This document shows positions 61,734 to 64,000 of a DNA stretch of 64,000 nt, in pieces; position 1 is the stretch's first letter; every line of letters begins with the position of its first letter. Below the pieces are notes generated by a model. It saw only the letters and a list, made by a program, of their open reading frames with translations. It ran no database searches and had not been told where the DNA came from. The stretch comes from Polyangiales bacterium (GTDB lineage Bacteria; Myxococcota_A; Polyangia; Polyangiales; JADJQN01), in the NCBI GenBank assembly GCA_964202905.1, contig CAXNJO010000002.1:352001-416000 (forward strand), written 5' to 3'. The position numbers and the translations under genes are program-made.

Positions 61734-62594
61734 ATGCCCGCCGACTCCCCGCCGCTCGACGCGCTCGTCACGCTGCTCGCCGGCCTCCGCGTCGCCGTCC
61801 TCACCGGGGCCGGATGCAGCACCGAGTCCGGCATCCCCGACTACCGCGGCGAGGGGACGCGCGCGCGGGCGCGCAGCCCGATCGAGCACCGGGCCTTCGT
61901 CGCGGACCCGGGCGCGCGGCGCCGGTACTGGGCGCGCTCCGTCGTCGGCTGGGAGCGCTTCTCGCGGGCGCGGCCGAACGCGGGCCACCTCGCGCTCGCG
62001 GCGCTCGAGCGGGGCGGGGTCGTGTGCGGCGTGATCACGCAGAACGTCGACCGCCTGCACCACGCCGCGGGCTCCCGGCGCGTCGTGGAGCTGCACGGGG
62101 CGCTCGCCGAGGTGCGCTGCCTCGGCTGCGCCGCACGCGAGGATCGCGAGGCCTTGCAGGGGCGCCTCCGCGCGCTCAACCCAGGCTTCGACCCGGGCCG
62201 CGCGACGATCGCGCCCGACGGCGACGCCGACCTCGACGACGAGGCCGTGCGCGCGTTCCTCGTCGCGGACTGCCGCGCGTGCGGCGGCGTCCTGAAGCCG
62301 GACGTCGTGTTCTTCGGCGACAACGTGCCGAAGGTGACCACCGACGCCGCGTTCGCGCTGCTCGAGGAGGGCGAGGCGCTGCTCGTGGTCGGCACCTCGC
62401 TCGCGGTCTTCTCGGGGTTCCGCTTCGTGCGGCGCGCGGCGGAGCGCGGCATCCCGATCGCGATCGTCAACCTCGCGGAGACGCGCGGAGACGCGCTCGC
62501 GACGCTGCGGCTCGGTGCGGCCGCCGGCGCCGTGCTGCCCGCCCTCGCGGACGCGCTCCTCGCCCCCGCGCGCGGCCCGCAGCCCGCGCCGTAA
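61734..62594 (+). CDS. NAD-dependent protein deacylase (sirtuin, class II/SIRT4-like)
   Basis: [35 protein letters not shown], CxxC...Cxx[20 protein letters not shown]. Confidence 0.93.
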   Translation: MPADSPPLDALVTLLAGLRVAVLTGAGCSTESGIPDYRGEGTRARARSPIEHRAFVADPGARRRYWARSVVGWERFSRARPNAGHLALAALERGGVVCGVITQNVDRLHHAAGSRRVVELHGALAEVRCLGCAAREDREALQGRLRALNPGFDPGRATIAPDGDADLDDEAVRAFLVADCRACGGVLKPDVVFFGDNVPKVTTDAAFALLEEGEALLVVGTSLAVFSGFRFVRRAAERGIPIAIVNLAETRGDALATLRLGAAAGAVLPALADALLAPARGPQPAP

Positions 62595-62605
62595 ACGCCC
62601 GTCCA

Positions 62606-64000
62606 TCAAGGACTTTCCGGAGTCCACGCGAGCACGATGCCGGCCTCGTCGTCGCGCGTGCCCTCCCCCGCCGACGGGTAGAGACACAAGCCCGCGGCGC
62701 CGAAGGAAGGGTCGACGCGCAGGCGGAGCGCGTGCGTCGTGCCGCGCCCCGCGAAGGCGCGCGAGAGCAGCGCGCGATCGCCGACGCCCAGCGTGAGCCA
62801 GGCGCCGCGGCCATCGTCGGGCGGCGCGTCCAGCGTGCCGAGCACCACGCCGTCGATCGCGACCTCGACGCGCGCGCCATCGCTCGGTCGCGCGCCGACC
62901 CCGGCGCCGGGCAGCTCCGACGAGGCGCGCAGGCCGATCGTCAGCCCGGCGGGCACGCGCTGTCCGCGCGGGGCGCGGAAGCGATAGACGACTTCCCCGC
63001 CCCCGGCTCCCCACGCGTGCGGCGCGGGCGGCTCGCGCCAGACGCCGACGGCCTCGAAGCGTGCGTACGCGGGCGCGAGCGGGTCGATGGCGAGCACGCG
63101 CTCCCCCGTCCCGCCCGCGCGCCAATCGCGCCACGGCGCCGCCCTCACGCGCGCCGTGTGGTCGAGCGGCACGAGCGGCCGCTCACCAAGCGCCTCGCCG
63201 AGCCGCGGATTGCGCGCTTGGGGCGGCGACCGCGACCAGCGCGCGGCCTCCCGCGCGAGCACGCGTCGCACCGCGCGCGTCGCCGGATCGCCTGGCACGT
63301 CGGGCGCGATGGCGTGCTCCGCCGCACGTGGGTCGTGCGGCGCGTAGTGCCAGACCAGCGCGCCCGCGACGCCGTCGCGCCGGCACTGCGCGAGGAACGC
63401 CTCGAACCACGCCGCGCGGGTGCCGCCGAGGAGCGCGCGTCGCCCCCCGCCGAAGCCGAGCTCCCCCCACACGAGCGGCTTGTGCGCGACGTGGTGGGCG
63501 AGCTGCGCGCGGTCGTCGACGAAGCGCGCGAGCGCCGCGCGCGTGCGCACGCCGCCCGAGCGGAGCGGGTAGGCGTGCGCGTCGGCGTAGTCGATCTCCG
63601 GCAGGCGCTGCACCGCGAGCCAGGTGTCCCGATCGCTGCGGCGCGCGTAGCCGAGGTGCCCGGCCGCGACGAGGTGGTGCGGGTCGAGCGAGCGCACGTG
63701 GCGCGCGGCATCGCCGACCCAGCGCAGAAGCGCAGCCCGGTCGCGCGGGTGCGCCGTGAGCTCGTTCGCGAGCTCCCACGCGAAGATCGTCGGGTCGTCG
63801 CGGTAGGCAACGCCTGTGAGGGTGTTGACGCGACCGACGACCCGCGTGGCGTGCGCCCGGTAGCGCGCTGCGCAGGGCGCGCAGTCGTAGAAGGCGCCGA
63901 GCTCGAGCTCCGTGGGCTCACGGCGCGCGTCGTCGGCCGGCAGCAGGCCCGCCTCGCGGAGGTAGCGCGGGAGGCCGCCGTAGTCCGCCCAGCGGTTCGC
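62606..64000 (-). CDS. Glycoside hydrolase family 5 (endo-beta-mannanase-like); 5' end outside the window
   Basis: NRWADYGG, RVNTLTGVAYRDDPTIFAWELANE (acid/base Glu), HAYP, KPLVWGELG (nucleophile Glu), GALVW. Confidence 0.85.
   Translation of the reverse strand, partial: ANRWADYGGLPRYLREAGLLPADDARREPTELELGAFYDCAPCAARYRAHATRVVGRVNTLTGVAYRDDPTIFAWELANELTAHPRDRAALLRWVGDAARHVRSLDPHHLVAAGHLGYARRSDRDTWLAVQRLPEIDYADAHAYPLRSGGVRTRAALARFVDDRAQLAHHVAHKPLVWGELGFGGGRRALLGGTRAAWFEAFLAQCRRDGVAGALVWHYAPHDPRAAEHAIAPDVPGDPATRAVRRVLAREAARWSRSPPQARNPRLGEALGERPLVPLDHTARVRAAPWRDWRAGGTGERVLAIDPLAPAYARFEAVGVWREPPAPHAWGAGGGEVVYRFRAPRGQRVPAGLTIGLRASSELPGAGVGARPSDGARVEVAIDGVVLGTLDAPPDDGRGAWLTLGVGDRALLSRAFAGRGTTHALRLRVDPSFGAAGLCLYPSAGEGTRDDEAGIVLAWTPESP

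Overview
Very GC-rich bacterial chromosomal segment. Gene content (Cys-rich and D-x-G-tethered lipoproteins, MYXO-CTERM-like tails, TSP3-OmpA, an RpoH-box sigma factor, FHA/PP2C/Ser-Thr kinase genes) points to Myxococcota, probably Polyangia; this placement is inference. About 52 genes are supportable; most long ORFs in the supplied track are antisense or out-of-frame shadows. The main block is a type II secretion operon (gspC-D-E-F-[atypical G-like]-G-H-I-J-K-L-M-N, 8874-23351). It follows an NtrC-family enhancer-binding protein gene, a canonical sigma54 -24/-12 promoter and a TGNCA-N3-TGNCA motif that also clusters over the regulator's own start. Other content: many envelope proteins, a (6-4)-photolyase-like plus Nei repair pair, rpoH-like sigma with rsmI, mtnP with pfkB, holA, an ABC-F ATPase, a sirtuin, a GH5 mannanase-like gene and an orphan FliH/SctL-like stator gene. 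No rRNA, tRNA, CRISPR array or mobile element was recognised. Several intergenic regions carry unexplained palindrome arrays. Four short tracts show clustered frameshifts that look like long-read indel errors. All calls are by-eye motif recognition; no searches were run.
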